NCBI GenBank assembly: GCA_943788915.1
Contig: CALSSD010000003.1
Span: 260,663-324,662 of the forward strand
Origin: an uncultured Acidimicrobiales bacterium
GTDB taxonomy: Bacteria; Actinomycetota; Acidimicrobiia; Acidimicrobiales; UBA10347
Reading direction: 5' to 3'
DNA length: 64,000 nucleotides
The position numbers were made by a program, and so were the translations under genes. Each line of letters opens with the position of its first letter. Within the stretch, counting starts at the first letter, position 1. The notes below the pieces were generated by a model that was not told the DNA's origin, ran no database searches, and saw only the letters and a list, made by a program, of their open reading frames with translations. Positions 19,304 through 29,553 of this stretch are shown here, in pieces.

Positions 19304-19802
19304 GGGGCTTCAAATCCAGACTTTGCCAGCGAGTGCTGTGATTCAGTGTGACCTGAGCTTCTTCCGCTTGCTGTAAGCAATCGGACCTAAATGGTCCGAC
19401 CGAAAGACCCGCAGCCAGCACTGACACTGTTTACGTTACGAACCCCTTTCGGCCGTTCTGACTCACACTTGAGACCATAGGCCCATTTGACTAGCTACCC
19501 AGATAGAGCGATGCCGCCCGTACGATATCCGTAGCTCCACAGAGCAAGCCCTCCTCATGGCCACCACCGGGACCACAAGTGCATCGGCAATGTACCTCTA
19601 GTCCCAACAGCAACACATCAGCACCAGTGTCGCGTGTCCAGCGTTTCCAGCGTTTCCGCTCCTGGCGTCGCGTTCGAGCGACAACGTGGGTGCCAGCATC
19701 GCTGGTAGCTCGTTCATCCTCGCTGAAACCGCCAGCTTCGTACCGTAAACCGCTGCCGACAATGATCACCGTCGGAAAACGACGAATGCCGCCTGTCGAC
19801 CG

Positions 19803-20516
19803 TTAATTCAGACCAAGCTCGGCACGGAGTTCGGCCAGCTTGTCATCGGCCTTGGCCAACGACACGGCCTCGCGTAGTTCAGCTTCGGCACCTTCGGGTG
19901 TGGACTGTGCAATCTCGGCGTGGGCTTTGGCATTCGCCAAGCGCTCTTCGATCTTGTTCTCGACCCGTTCGAGGCTTGGCTTGTCGACTTCGAGGGCACC
20001 TGACATGGTTTCGACAGCCTTATTGACTTCTTCTTGCATCTTCGCCTGCTGGATCTGACCGAGAAGCTGCATACGTTTTGCAGCAAGTTCCTGGACGCGC
20101 AGGGCGTTACCCTGAACCGCATTGTTGGCCTCGTCGGCCTGGGCTACAGCGATCTCGTACTGGCTCTTGAGGCTTTCAAGATTGTTCTCGGAGGCCTGCA
20201 GCTTCATAGCCAGGCTCGACGCGGTGTTGGTCCACTTGTCGAGACCAGCCATGTCTTCTTCGGTCCTGGCTCGTTCGGCGCGCAACAATGCCTGCTTAGC
20301 CATCTCTCGGGCTTCGCCAACCTGGTCAGCTGACTTCTCAATACGGCTTTCGATCTGCTCACGATGAGCAATGACCTTTGCTGCCTGGTTGCGGAGCTGC
20401 CGATCTTGCTTGCGGGCTTCGTCGATGGCCTGTTCGATCTCGATTTCCGGGTCCATGGCCGCTTCGGCCTTCACCCGGAACAGGGTCCGGAGGTAGTTAA
20501 TTACTCGCTTGAACAC
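19803..20516 (-). CDS. pspA: PspA/IM30 family protein
   Basis: MFKRVINYL amphipathic start, DPEIEIEQAI, coiled coil. Confidence 0.88.
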   Translation of the reverse strand: MFKRVINYLRTLFRVKAEAAMDPEIEIEQAIDEARKQDRQLRNQAAKVIAHREQIESRIEKSADQVGEAREMAKQALLRAERARTEEDMAGLDKWTNTASSLAMKLQASENNLESLKSQYEIAVAQADEANNAVQGNALRVQELAAKRMQLLGQIQQAKMQEEVNKAVETMSGALEVDKPSLERVENKIEERLANAKAHAEIAQSTPEGAEAELREAVSLAKADDKLAELRAELGLN

Positions 20517-20590
20517 GAATGCCTCTCTAGGGTTGCTATCAGAGCGAGTGTACGTTGTGAGCGGGCTGCCCCGCTCACGATCCGTTCATG

Positions 20591-22021
20591 TCACCGACGA
20601 CGTCGCTTTGACGTCGAACGACTGCTACTGGTGCGACGGCTGCTACTGCTACTACTGCTTGTACTACTGCTTGATCGACGAGTGCTCGATCGCGACGAAG
20701 GCCGGTTTGCGGTTCGGTATCGTGATGATCCACCGAACACGCCACCACCGGCACGAGGCATCGGTTGGGCCTGGCGTGACCGGCCAGCACCAATGGTCCC
20801 GCCCCCGAACACTCCGCCGCCACTAGCGCGTGAACGACCTCGACTGGAGCCCGCCATGCCGGCACCTGCGATCAAGATATCGAGCAGGCCACCGCCGCTA
20901 CGGCGTCGTGACGGACTGTAGGGCATACGGGGCCTCGGGGCACGCTGGGGCAATCCTTGCTGGCGCTGTTGCGGGGTCCGCTGTTGAGGTGGGGTCGGAG
21001 GCGGTGGCGGCTCGACCTTTGGCTTTTCAGGAAGAGGCTCTCCATCGAGAATCGCCTCGGCTGCATCCATCTGCCACCGGGCATGGGCCACACGAGCCCC
21101 GATATCAGACAATTCGCCAAGGTCAGCGTGCTCAAGCTCTTCCATATCAGGAATCTCAGCGGAGATATCCAGGTAGGTATCGGTGGCTTCGCGGTAGAAC
21201 TCAATGGCCTGCGGTTTATCGGAAAGATCCACGGGGCCTGACAACACCAGAACATCGTTGGCCAGCTCGTCGATTTCTGTTTGGAGCTCAGCTCGAATCT
21301 TCTGGGCAGTCTCCAGATCGATGCCCTGCTTCTTCCTCTTGCCACGTCGGCTCATGAACCACAGTCCGCCGCCGATCACTACCAGAATCACAACCAGCCC
21401 CCAAGGGAAACCCCCACCAGAACTGGCTGAGCCCGATGAAGAACCGCTGGAGCCTTCCGAACCAGCGGAAGCGGGTCCGCTCGTTGCTGCGGTGAAGTCG
21501 GTGACAACGTCGACCATGTAATCAACCGGGCGTGACCAGTTCGTGTCGAAGGCGGCCAGGGCACGTTCTTCGATCGATCTCGTCAAGCCGGTGGCGAAGT
21601 CGACCTGATCGAAGGCGCCTTGTGAATCGCTCTCGACCGAGTGCAACAGCACATTGCCGGTTGGACGCACCGCATCGCGGATGGTTGCCGCGTAGCCCAC
21701 CTCAGCGGGTCCAGACAGCACCACGAAATACCACGCCACTGCGGTGTTGTTGCCCCGATCAACCAATGATCGCATCTCGCTCTCGGTGGCGTCGGCGCCT
21801 GGCTCGATGTAGTAACCAGACCGTTCGAGTTCACTGACAATGTCGTCGAGGTCCTGGGCCGAGGCCATCGGCACGGCGAGAACAAGAGTCACTAGGGCCA
21901 GCACCAGCGCACCCAGCATTTCCTGTAGTCGTAGGTTTCGCCGCACACCGGCTCCTTCTGTCGGGAAGTCCCCGAAGGACTCTGTCATCCACGGACACAC
22001 ATCCGGGACAATCGCTTGCAT
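20591..22021 (-). CDS. Membrane protein (TPM-like ectodomain, TM, helical region, Gly/Ser/Arg-rich tail)
   Basis: Signal-like segment, TM GFPWGLVVILVVIGGGLWF, low-complexity tail; upstream of pspA. Start uncertain. Confidence 0.65.
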   Translation of the reverse strand: MQAIVPDVCPWMTESFGDFPTEGAGVRRNLRLQEMLGALVLALVTLVLAVPMASAQDLDDIVSELERSGYYIEPGADATESEMRSLVDRGNNTAVAWYFVVLSGPAEVGYAATIRDAVRPTGNVLLHSVESDSQGAFDQVDFATGLTRSIEERALAAFDTNWSRPVDYMVDVVTDFTAATSGPASAGSEGSSGSSSGSASSGGGFPWGLVVILVVIGGGLWFMSRRGKRKKQGIDLETAQKIRAELQTEIDELANDVLVLSGPVDLSDKPQAIEFYREATDTYLDISAEIPDMEELEHADLGELSDIGARVAHARWQMDAAEAILDGEPLPEKPKVEPPPPPTPPQQRTPQQRQQGLPQRAPRPRMPYSPSRRRSGGGLLDILIAGAGMAGSSRGRSRASGGGVFGGGTIGAGRSRQAQPMPRAGGGVFGGSSRYRTANRPSSRSSTRRSSSSTSSSSSSSRRTSSSRSTSKRRRR

Positions 22022-22164
22022 ACACCGATCCCGAACGATGCAAGCCTAGGACATGTTCCATCAGCCCAAACCTTCTGCGAACGTGGCGGTTCGCCCGTGC
22101 CGATACGATTGGACCACCGGGGCCGACCGGCCATACACGGGTGATCGTCAAGCCGGAGGCTGCC

Positions 22165-23148
22165 ATGGACGCAATTCTCGACGTTGATCTACTCGCCTTT
22201 GAAGAGGGCACGGCGGCGGAACGCTCCGCGGTCGTCGATGGCACCATGCGTAGCCTCGAAACCGGCTTTGTCTACACCGCTCACGATGTGAGTTCTGGCC
22301 TGATCGATCAGGCCTACGAGATGCTCGCCACGTTCTTCGCACTCGACGGTGAAACCAAACGAAGCTGGACAGCCGAGGGCACCCACGGCCAGACCGGCTA
22401 CACCGGACTACTCGTTGAGACCGCCGCAACCAGCGACGAGCCAGACTGGAAAGAGATGCTGAACTGGGGAGAGCGGATTCCCACCGGACACCCGTTACGA
22501 ACCCAGTTTCCGAATCGCTATCACGAACCGGTTCTGCCCGAGGCCGACGTTCCCGGCATTACCGAGACATTGCTGAAGTTTCACAGCTCGATTGCCGACA
22601 TACAGCGACGCTTCTTGCGCATTATCGCTGTTGGCGTCGGTGCCGACGAGACGCTCTTCGACGAGACCGTGGCTGTTGGAGCGAACCTCACCCGCGCTAT
22701 TCGGTACCCCCCAATGGAACAAGCTCCTGGTGGGTCTCACGTGTGGGCAGGCGCTCACGCCGATATCAATCTGATTACCGCGCTACCTCGGGCTACTGCT
22801 CGAGGACTCCAAGTCGAGATCGACGGAACATGGTTCGATGCCATCCCGCCCGACGGTCATGTCATCATCAATACCGGCCTGATGCTTGAACGGCTGACCA
22901 ACGGGCGTGTGCCCTCAGGTATGCATCGTGTTGTTGCCGACCCAGAACAACCCGGTCAACGACTGTCCGTGGTGCAGTTCTGCCATCCGGCACCATGGAC
23001 CATGCTGACCCCGATTCCTACGTGTGTCACCCCAGAACGCCCGCTCAAGTATCTACCCATCCGAGCCGCCGACGCTCTCGACGAAGTGCTGTGGCAAATC
23101 AATTTAGTCGAAGATGGCCGACGAGTCGAGGGCTCACAGGATTCCTGA
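22165..23148 (+). CDS. 2OG-Fe(II) oxygenase, isopenicillin N synthase family
   Basis: HAD...H(RVV)...RLS motifs. Confidence 0.9.
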   Translation: MDAILDVDLLAFEEGTAAERSAVVDGTMRSLETGFVYTAHDVSSGLIDQAYEMLATFFALDGETKRSWTAEGTHGQTGYTGLLVETAATSDEPDWKEMLNWGERIPTGHPLRTQFPNRYHEPVLPEADVPGITETLLKFHSSIADIQRRFLRIIAVGVGADETLFDETVAVGANLTRAIRYPPMEQAPGGSHVWAGAHADINLITALPRATARGLQVEIDGTWFDAIPPDGHVIINTGLMLERLTNGRVPSGMHRVVADPEQPGQRLSVVQFCHPAPWTMLTPIPTCVTPERPLKYLPIRAADALDEVLWQINLVEDGRRVEGSQDS

Positions 23149-23202
23149 GAAGGGCGCCAAGCTCAGCGCCCCACGCCCGCACCCCCAATTCGGCGCCGTT
23201 AG

Positions 23203-24273
23203 CTACTGGTTCAGGAGGGCAGCCAGTCGTTCCGCAGCTTCGACCGTTAATCCGCCAGAGACAACAAGCCGCTCGCTGATGGGGAGTCGGGCAAGTTGTG
23301 GTGCCGTCACGACAAAACCGTCGACTTCGATGGCGATCACCAATGGGTTCTCTGTTGCCGCGAAATGTCCGCCGATTAGGCTGCGCAATTCAGGTGCCAT
23401 CTGGAGTTCGACCGCAGGCTGACGATTCAGCGAGACGGCACGGGCACTCTGCACCACGTCAATGTGAGCAAACCTTTCACCGATGGGTTCGAAACAACGC
23501 ACCGCCCCGAACAGCACCCGTTCGGGAACAGCCGACCCAGAGCATGGCTCCGCATCAACCCCGCCGACTTGCCAGATGGACACTGATTGTTCACCTGTGA
23601 TCAGGGGCATGTCGACCCATGGCTCTGGTGGCGGCCCGAGATTACTGAGCTCGGGTAATCGCGCCGTCGCCGGGGGAACCACAGGGAACGAGTCGACGGG
23701 GGCAAAAGCGATCTGGTAGAGCTCGCCATCTGCCTCGAAACGGAGGGATTCGAGGTCGTCGAAGATCCGGTCGACCTGAGACTCTGGATCAGGCGACTGC
23801 CACCGGTCCACAAATACACGTCCGGGCACACCGTCGCACAGATCACCGTCTCGCCATGTCCCCCCACCTGGAAGCGTCAGCTCGCCATCACTAAGGGTGA
23901 AACCCATGGCATCGGCAAAGAGACCGAGAGTCGCTGACTCGAACCCCGACGCTTCGAAGAACGGGTGGACATGCATGATGCCATCACCATGACTATGGAT
24001 CCCGAGGGGATCTTCGGCTGAGTCGAACGGCGGCAATACGTCGTCGCAAACACGCACGACATACGCGGCATGCCAGTGGGACCTACCGGGGATCGGCCCG
24101 ACCGCTGGCAGCACCAAGCCCGTTCCCTCGGCGAGGATCTCAGAGGCATCGTCCAGATCGGCCGCGGACATGTCGATATCAGCGGTTGCCACCCGGCAAC
24201 TGGTGGCAACAAGCAGCCACACGACCAGGATCCAGAGGTGACGCATGCGTCGCTGCAACGTGAACGAAGGCAC
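23203..24273 (-). CDS. Putative lipoprotein with His-rich domain and SecDF-head-like C-terminus
   Basis: VATSC lipobox-like; HWHAAY; GIHSHGDGIMHVHP; IAIEVDGFVVTAP..VSGGLTVEAAERLAALLN. Confidence 0.65.
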   Translation of the reverse strand: MPSFTLQRRMRHLWILVVWLLVATSCRVATADIDMSAADLDDASEILAEGTGLVLPAVGPIPGRSHWHAAYVVRVCDDVLPPFDSAEDPLGIHSHGDGIMHVHPFFEASGFESATLGLFADAMGFTLSDGELTLPGGGTWRDGDLCDGVPGRVFVDRWQSPDPESQVDRIFDDLESLRFEADGELYQIAFAPVDSFPVVPPATARLPELSNLGPPPEPWVDMPLITGEQSVSIWQVGGVDAEPCSGSAVPERVLFGAVRCFEPIGERFAHIDVVQSARAVSLNRQPAVELQMAPELRSLIGGHFAATENPLVIAIEVDGFVVTAPQLARLPISERLVVSGGLTVEAAERLAALLNQ

Positions 24274-24439
24274 TGTCAGTCGGCGAAATGACCGGTTGGT
24301 CGATCGCTCTGCTCAAGGAGTTGATTCATACGCACGGCGAAGTGCACGGTATCAGCCGACCGAGTGCCGTTCGGCTCAGAGATGTTGACGTGTACAAAAC
24401 GACGAGAGCCTCAGGCGAACCGCAGGACTTTTCTCGAAG

Positions 24440-24961
24440 TTAGAGCAGACGGCGAACCGCATCTCCGGCTTGCCAATCACCACTTGCCTCGCGCAACGAC
24501 GTAATGGTCGCCGCTAACGCATCTAGGTCGCGATCACTAAGACCTTCAACACCGAAACCCGTTTCCTCGAGCGCCGCAGCGCACTGTGGGGCGAGTTTTT
24601 CCCCTCGTGCCGTCAGTGCAACCAATGTCGTGCGTCGGTCCGTTGGATGATCCACTCGCTCTACCAGGGCGTCACTGACGAGTCGGTTGACCAAGCTCGT
24701 GACACTGGTTGGGTGCACCTGCAGTCGTGCCCCGATCTTGCCCATCGGCAGCGAGTTTTCACGAGCGAAGTACAGCAGGGCCAATACTTCGAACCGGCTG
24801 AAGGTGAGATCGAATGGAGCAAGTGCCGCATTGATACGCGCCAGCACGATCTGGTGAGCGCGCGTGATGGAAGTTGCTGCCACCATCGCCCGGCCATCGC
24901 CCCACCCGTGGTGTTTCCAGTTGGTTCGCGCTTCCTCGATGGGATCGAAATCAAGCCCCAC
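24440..24961 (-). CDS. MarR-family regulator
   Basis: LTFSRFEVL, HPTSVTSLVNRL, DRR...LTARG. Confidence 0.92.
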   Translation of the reverse strand: MGLDFDPIEEARTNWKHHGWGDGRAMVAATSITRAHQIVLARINAALAPFDLTFSRFEVLALLYFARENSLPMGKIGARLQVHPTSVTSLVNRLVSDALVERVDHPTDRRTTLVALTARGEKLAPQCAAALEETGFGVEGLSDRDLDALAATITSLREASGDWQAGDAVRRLL

Positions 24962-25000
24962 AACGAATCCTCACCGGCATGACAGTACCGCGTCACCGGG

Positions 25001-25033
25001 TACTAGGATGTCAAATAGTTGGACTTCCTACTA
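25001..25033. promoter_or_regulatory. Putative tandem MarR operators
   Basis: TACTAGGATGTCAAATAG and TAGTTGGACTTCCTACTA, imperfect palindromes between divergent marR and the mutase operon. Confidence 0.55.
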
Positions 25034-25045
25034 TCTGGAGCACCC

Positions 25046-26686
25046 ATGAGCGATCCGGCACCTGATCAAGCCCGAGCCGCCTGGCAAGAGGCATACGACG
25101 CGACCAAGCTGCGCGACGTCCCATTCGAGACGATGTCAGGGGTTCCTGTTGAACCTCTGTACGGCGATGGCCCCTACCCCGGGCAGTACCCCTATACCCG
25201 CGGCTTACACGCCGCTGGTTACCGGTCCCGGCTATGGACCATGCGCATGTTCGCTGGTTTCGGCACTGCCGAGGACACCAACGCCCGGTTCAAGGAACTG
25301 CTGCGCGCCGGCGGCGGCGGCCTGTCCACTGCATTCGACATGCCCACACTTATGGGACGAGACAGCGACCATGACTGGGCGCTGGGCGAGGTTGGCCACT
25401 GTGGCGTTGCCGTCGACACATTGGCCGACATGGAAGACCTGTTCGCCGACATCGACCTGAGTTCAGTGTCCACGTCGATGACCATCAATGGCCCTGCGGC
25501 CATGATCATGGCCATGTACATCGCTGTGGGCGAGAAGACCGGTGTCGAGCGTTCACAGCTCGCCGGCACGATCCAGAACGACATCCTCAAGGAATACCAG
25601 GCGCAAAAGGAATACATCTTCCCGCCTCGGCCCTCGATGCGGATCGTCACCGACATGATGAAGTTCACGTCGACCGAGATGCCTAAGTGGCATCCGATCT
25701 CGATCTCGGGTTACCACATCCGTGAAGCCGGCTCGAACGCTGCACAGGAACTGGCGTTCACGCTGGCCAACGGCTTCGCGTATGTCGAAGCCGCTGTGGC
25801 CGCCGGACTCGACATCGACGACTTCGCTCCTCGTCTGTCGTTCTTCTTCAACTCCCATAGTGACTTCTTCGAAGAGATCGGCAAGTTCCGCGCCGCTCGT
25901 CGAATCTGGGCCAGGTGGATGAAGGAGCGCTACGGCGCAAAAGATCCCAGAAGCATGATGATGAAGTTTCACACCCAAACCGCTGGTGTGTCGCTCACCG
26001 CACAACAGGCCGAAATCAACATTGGCCGGGTAGCCATCCAGGCGTTGGCCGGGGCGCTCGGCGGCACACAGTCCTTACACACCGATGCCTACGACGAGGC
26101 CATGGCGCTTCCGACCGAGGACGCCGCTCGCATCGCGCTCCGCACCCAACAGATCGTGGCTCACGAAACCGGCGTGACCAATGTGGTCGACCCTCTGGGC
26201 GGTGCTCCATTCGTCGAATGGATGACCGACGAGATGGAACGACGAGCCGAAGACATCTTCGCTCACCTGCTTGACATCGGAAACGACTCCATCCTCGAAG
26301 GCGCCTACGCCGGCATCGACGACGGTTACTTCGTGGGCGAGATCGCCGATGCGGCCTACCGCTTCGAACGCGAAGTGAACGAGGGCAAACGCATCATTGT
26401 GGGCGTCAACGAGTTCACCGAAGGTGACTCGGGCGAACGCAACCTGCTCCGTATCGGCGCCGAAGTCGAGGAGTACCAGCTCAAGCGACTCAACGACGTG
26501 AAACAACGCCGCGACAACGACGCCGTAACCCGCGTACTCACGCAGCTCAAGACCGAGGCCGCAGATCCCGAAATCAACTTGATGCCAACCATGATCGAGG
26601 CTGTCAAAACATTCGCCACCGAAGGCGAGATCGTGGCTTCGCTCGAAGAAGTCTTCGGCACCTATGTAGAGAAGGTCTTCCTGTGA
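25046..26686 (+). CDS. icmA: B12-dependent acyl-CoA mutase large subunit, isobutyryl-CoA mutase type
   Basis: WTMRMFAGFG (Phe at MCM Tyr89 site); QNDILKEYQAQKE (Gln at MCM Arg207 site); SISGYHIREAG. Confidence 0.8.
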   Translation: MSDPAPDQARAAWQEAYDATKLRDVPFETMSGVPVEPLYGDGPYPGQYPYTRGLHAAGYRSRLWTMRMFAGFGTAEDTNARFKELLRAGGGGLSTAFDMPTLMGRDSDHDWALGEVGHCGVAVDTLADMEDLFADIDLSSVSTSMTINGPAAMIMAMYIAVGEKTGVERSQLAGTIQNDILKEYQAQKEYIFPPRPSMRIVTDMMKFTSTEMPKWHPISISGYHIREAGSNAAQELAFTLANGFAYVEAAVAAGLDIDDFAPRLSFFFNSHSDFFEEIGKFRAARRIWARWMKERYGAKDPRSMMMKFHTQTAGVSLTAQQAEINIGRVAIQALAGALGGTQSLHTDAYDEAMALPTEDAARIALRTQQIVAHETGVTNVVDPLGGAPFVEWMTDEMERRAEDIFAHLLDIGNDSILEGAYAGIDDGYFVGEIADAAYRFEREVNEGKRIIVGVNEFTEGDSGERNLLRIGAEVEEYQLKRLNDVKQRRDNDAVTRVLTQLKTEAADPEINLMPTMIEAVKTFATEGEIVASLEEVFGTYVEKVFL

Positions 26687-27117
26687 GCGACGCATCAACC
26701 AGTGACCCGCAGATCCGTGTTGTCCTCGCCAAACTTGGCTTCGATGGCCATGACCGCGGCATCAAGATCGTGGCCCGCATCCTGCGCGACGCAGGGATGG
26801 AAGTCATCTTTCTTGGGCTCCGCCAGAGCTACAAGAACGTCGTGAACGCCGTCGAGCAGGAGGACGCCGACGCTGTCGGTCTCTCCATGCACAACGCCAG
26901 CCATATGACGCTTGCCCCCAAGATGGTCGATGCGCTGGCCGAAGCTGGCCTCGAAGTCCCGGTGATCGTTGGCGGCATCGTGCCCGACGAAGACATCGAC
27001 CCGCTGATGAAAACGGGTGTAGCTGCGATCTTGGGCCCAGGCGCCTCGGCCGAAGAGGTTGCCCAAACCGTCCGCGACGCGGTGGCTGCAGTTCGCGGCT
27101 CGTCGCCCCAGGCGTAG
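26683..27117 (+). CDS. icmB: Cobalamin-binding small subunit
   Basis: DGHDRG, VGGIVP. Confidence 0.85.
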   Translation: MSDASTSDPQIRVVLAKLGFDGHDRGIKIVARILRDAGMEVIFLGLRQSYKNVVNAVEQEDADAVGLSMHNASHMTLAPKMVDALAEAGLEVPVIVGGIVPDEDIDPLMKTGVAAILGPGASAEEVAQTVRDAVAAVRGSSPQA

Positions 27118-27124
27118 CCGCGTC

Positions 27125-28108
27125 GTGAGCCTGCGCGGACTTCCCCCAGCAGACATCTTTGACAAAGCGCTTGGTGGCGAACGCCGCGCGCTTGGCCGTC
27201 TTATCACATTCGTCGAACGTGACGCGGCCGAGGCTGAAACAGTCGCCGAACTCGCTCATGAGCGAGCAGGAAACGCCCATGTGATCGGCATTACCGGCGC
27301 TCCCGGCTCAGGCAAGTCCACGCTGACCGGCCAGCTCGTGAAACTGCTCGGCGAGGCCGGCAAACGAGCCGCTGTGCTTGCGGTTGACCCGTCATCCCCA
27401 CTCACTGGCGGCGCGATTCTGGGCGACCGCGTTCGTATGGAAGATGTCGCGTCGCCTGACACGTTTATTCGGTCAATGGCAACTCGAGGCCATCAGGGCG
27501 GATTGTCACTTGCGGTTCCCGGTGTCGTCCGTTTGCTCGATGCCACGGGTTATGACCCCATCGTGATCGAGACGGTCGGTGTCGGTCAGGTCGAGGTCGA
27601 CATCGCTGGTACCGCCGACACCACCGTGGTCGTCGCAACGCCGGGCATGGGCGATTCAGTGCAGGCGAACAAGGCTGGGCTGCTTGAACTTGCCGATCTG
27701 TTTGTGGTGAACAAGGCCGATCGCCCCGGTGCCAAAGATGTGCGCCGTGACCTAGATCTGATGCTCGATCTGAGCCATGTGTCTGGCCAGGACCAGCGCA
27801 CTGGTATGCGTCCTGAGATCATCATGACCACGGCTCTTTCTGGCGAAGGTGCACCCGAGATGTGGGACGCCATCGAGCGTCATCGGACTGCGATTACCGC
27901 CAATGGACAGCTCGAAGCCAGGCGCGTCAATCGAGACATCGACGAAGTCCGCAACCGGCTTATGGCCGACCTTGAGTCCCGTGTCGATCTCATGCTCGCT
28001 GGCCAGAGTCTCGCTGGTGTAGCCGAAGTCCTCGACGCGGTGGCGGCTCGCTCGCTCTCCCCCACCGCTGCTGCGACCCAACTCGCCGCACGTATCAAGG
28101 ATCTCTAA
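27125..28108 (+). CDS. meaB: Mutase-associated GTPase MeaB
   Basis: GITGAPGSGKST, AVDPSSP..GGAILGDRVRM, ETVGVGQ, NKAD. Confidence 0.93.
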   Translation: MSLRGLPPADIFDKALGGERRALGRLITFVERDAAEAETVAELAHERAGNAHVIGITGAPGSGKSTLTGQLVKLLGEAGKRAAVLAVDPSSPLTGGAILGDRVRMEDVASPDTFIRSMATRGHQGGLSLAVPGVVRLLDATGYDPIVIETVGVGQVEVDIAGTADTTVVVATPGMGDSVQANKAGLLELADLFVVNKADRPGAKDVRRDLDLMLDLSHVSGQDQRTGMRPEIIMTTALSGEGAPEMWDAIERHRTAITANGQLEARRVNRDIDEVRNRLMADLESRVDLMLAGQSLAGVAEVLDAVAARSLSPTAAATQLAARIKDL

Positions 28109-29553
28109 CCAGTCGTCGGAGTACTTCGGGCTTGGCTAACCTCACCAGCTGCTTGTGGCCCAGGCCGAGCAGTCGTGGAGCCAGGTGGCAACAGACCCAG
28201 GGCCAGAACTGCGGTTTCGGCCGCTGCCATGTCGACTTCGTCGATCGTGGCACAACCCTGAACCAGTTCGGCGAGAAGCTCCGCCTGCTGGTCGCCACGA
28301 GCGAACGCGTCGGCATACGGGATGGCCGAGAACATAACCATGTTGTAGCGAGGTCGGAAGTGATCGGGAAAGCGCTCGGCCAGCATCAGTGAGAGCTCGC
28401 GCTTGAGCAGATAGTCGGGGTCGTTCACCTTGTCTCGCATCTCGACATAGTTCTCAAGCGCCATGTCGGCGATGGCGTTGGCGTCGTCACCACGGTCCGC
28501 TTCGAAGGCCTCGAAGGCACCAGCGAGATCGTGGGGGTGCGCCTGCAAAATTCTGTCCAACGCTGCTGCCGACTCGAGCGCCAGATTCATACCCTGGCCG
28601 TGGAACGGGACAATGCCATGGGCGCTGTCGCCGACCAGCACGACTCGGTCTTCGAAACTCCAACCGACGGTCCGGATCGTGCCAAGCCGCCCCAGTGGCG
28701 CATCAATGAACTGTTCGACATAGTCAGGAACCATCGGCGCGAAGTCAGCGAAGTTCTCTTCAAAGAACGCGTTGATCTCGGCAGCTGACTGCATGGCTGC
28801 AAAGCTCGGCCCTTCGGCAGCAGCCGCCAAGAAGAGGGTCGAGGTGAAGTCGCCACTCGGATTCGGAAGTGCGATAAGCATGAAATCGTTGTGGGGCCAG
28901 ATGTGCAAACCGTGCGGCTCCATTTGAAACTCGCCGCCGTCGCCCGCCGGCATTTCAATCTCGACGTAACGGTGGTCGAGCATCTCTTTGCGAACCGAAC
29001 CGCCGTTGCGTTCAAGCATTTCTGTACGTACGGTCGAACCCACACCGTCGGCACCAAAAATGGTTCCGAATGGCAACTGGTACCAGGTGTCGGCTTGGGT
29101 CGAATCGGTAAACGAGACAAGGTTCAGGTCAAAGTCGATCGCCCGGCATCGCTGACTGAATCGAATGTCGACGTTGCCAGTCGCCTCGGCGGCGTCGAGC
29201 AACACATTGGTCAGTGCGGTGCGGTCAACCGACCATAAGACCTCGCTCGGCAGGTTTCCATACGGTTGCAGGCCGCTTACGTTGTCATCGTGGATGATAC
29301 GCCCATGCATAGGCACCACGATTTTTTCAACCCTGTCGACAACGCCGTCGAGCTGACGCAATGCTGCCAAACCTCGTTCGGCGATGGCCAGGTTGATTGA
29401 TCTCCCACCGGCACCAGCCTCGGAGCGAGGGTCCGGCCTACTATCGAATACCGTGACCTGCTCGCCACGTTGCCCCAGCAGTGCCGCCATGTAGGCGCCA
29501 GCGATGCCTCCGCCGATGACCAGCGTCGGCCCGTTCTCGCCCAAAGATGTCAT
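28105..29553 (-). CDS. kmo: Kynurenine 3-monooxygenase
   Basis: GGGIAG, GRSINLA, LHIWP, GDSAHGIVPFHGQGMN, ENYVEMRD. Confidence 0.9.
   Translation of the reverse strand: MTSLGENGPTLVIGGGIAGAYMAALLGQRGEQVTVFDSRPDPRSEAGAGGRSINLAIAERGLAALRQLDGVVDRVEKIVVPMHGRIIHDDNVSGLQPYGNLPSEVLWSVDRTALTNVLLDAAEATGNVDIRFSQRCRAIDFDLNLVSFTDSTQADTWYQLPFGTIFGADGVGSTVRTEMLERNGGSVRKEMLDHRYVEIEMPAGDGGEFQMEPHGLHIWPHNDFMLIALPNPSGDFTSTLFLAAAAEGPSFAAMQSAAEINAFFEENFADFAPMVPDYVEQFIDAPLGRLGTIRTVGWSFEDRVVLVGDSAHGIVPFHGQGMNLALESAAALDRILQAHPHDLAGAFEAFEADRGDDANAIADMALENYVEMRDKVNDPDYLLKRELSLMLAERFPDHFRPRYNMVMFSAIPYADAFARGDQQAELLAELVQGCATIDEVDMAAAETAVLALGLLPPGSTTARPGPQAAGEVSQARSTPTTG

Noticed and set aside
19310..19800. Short ORFs or an ncRNA in the gap before pspA's 3' end
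   Set aside because: No motifs or convincing structure seen; left unassigned.
24962..25045. Cobalamin riboswitch upstream of the mutase
   Set aside because: The intergenic region is only 84 bp and shows no B12 box.
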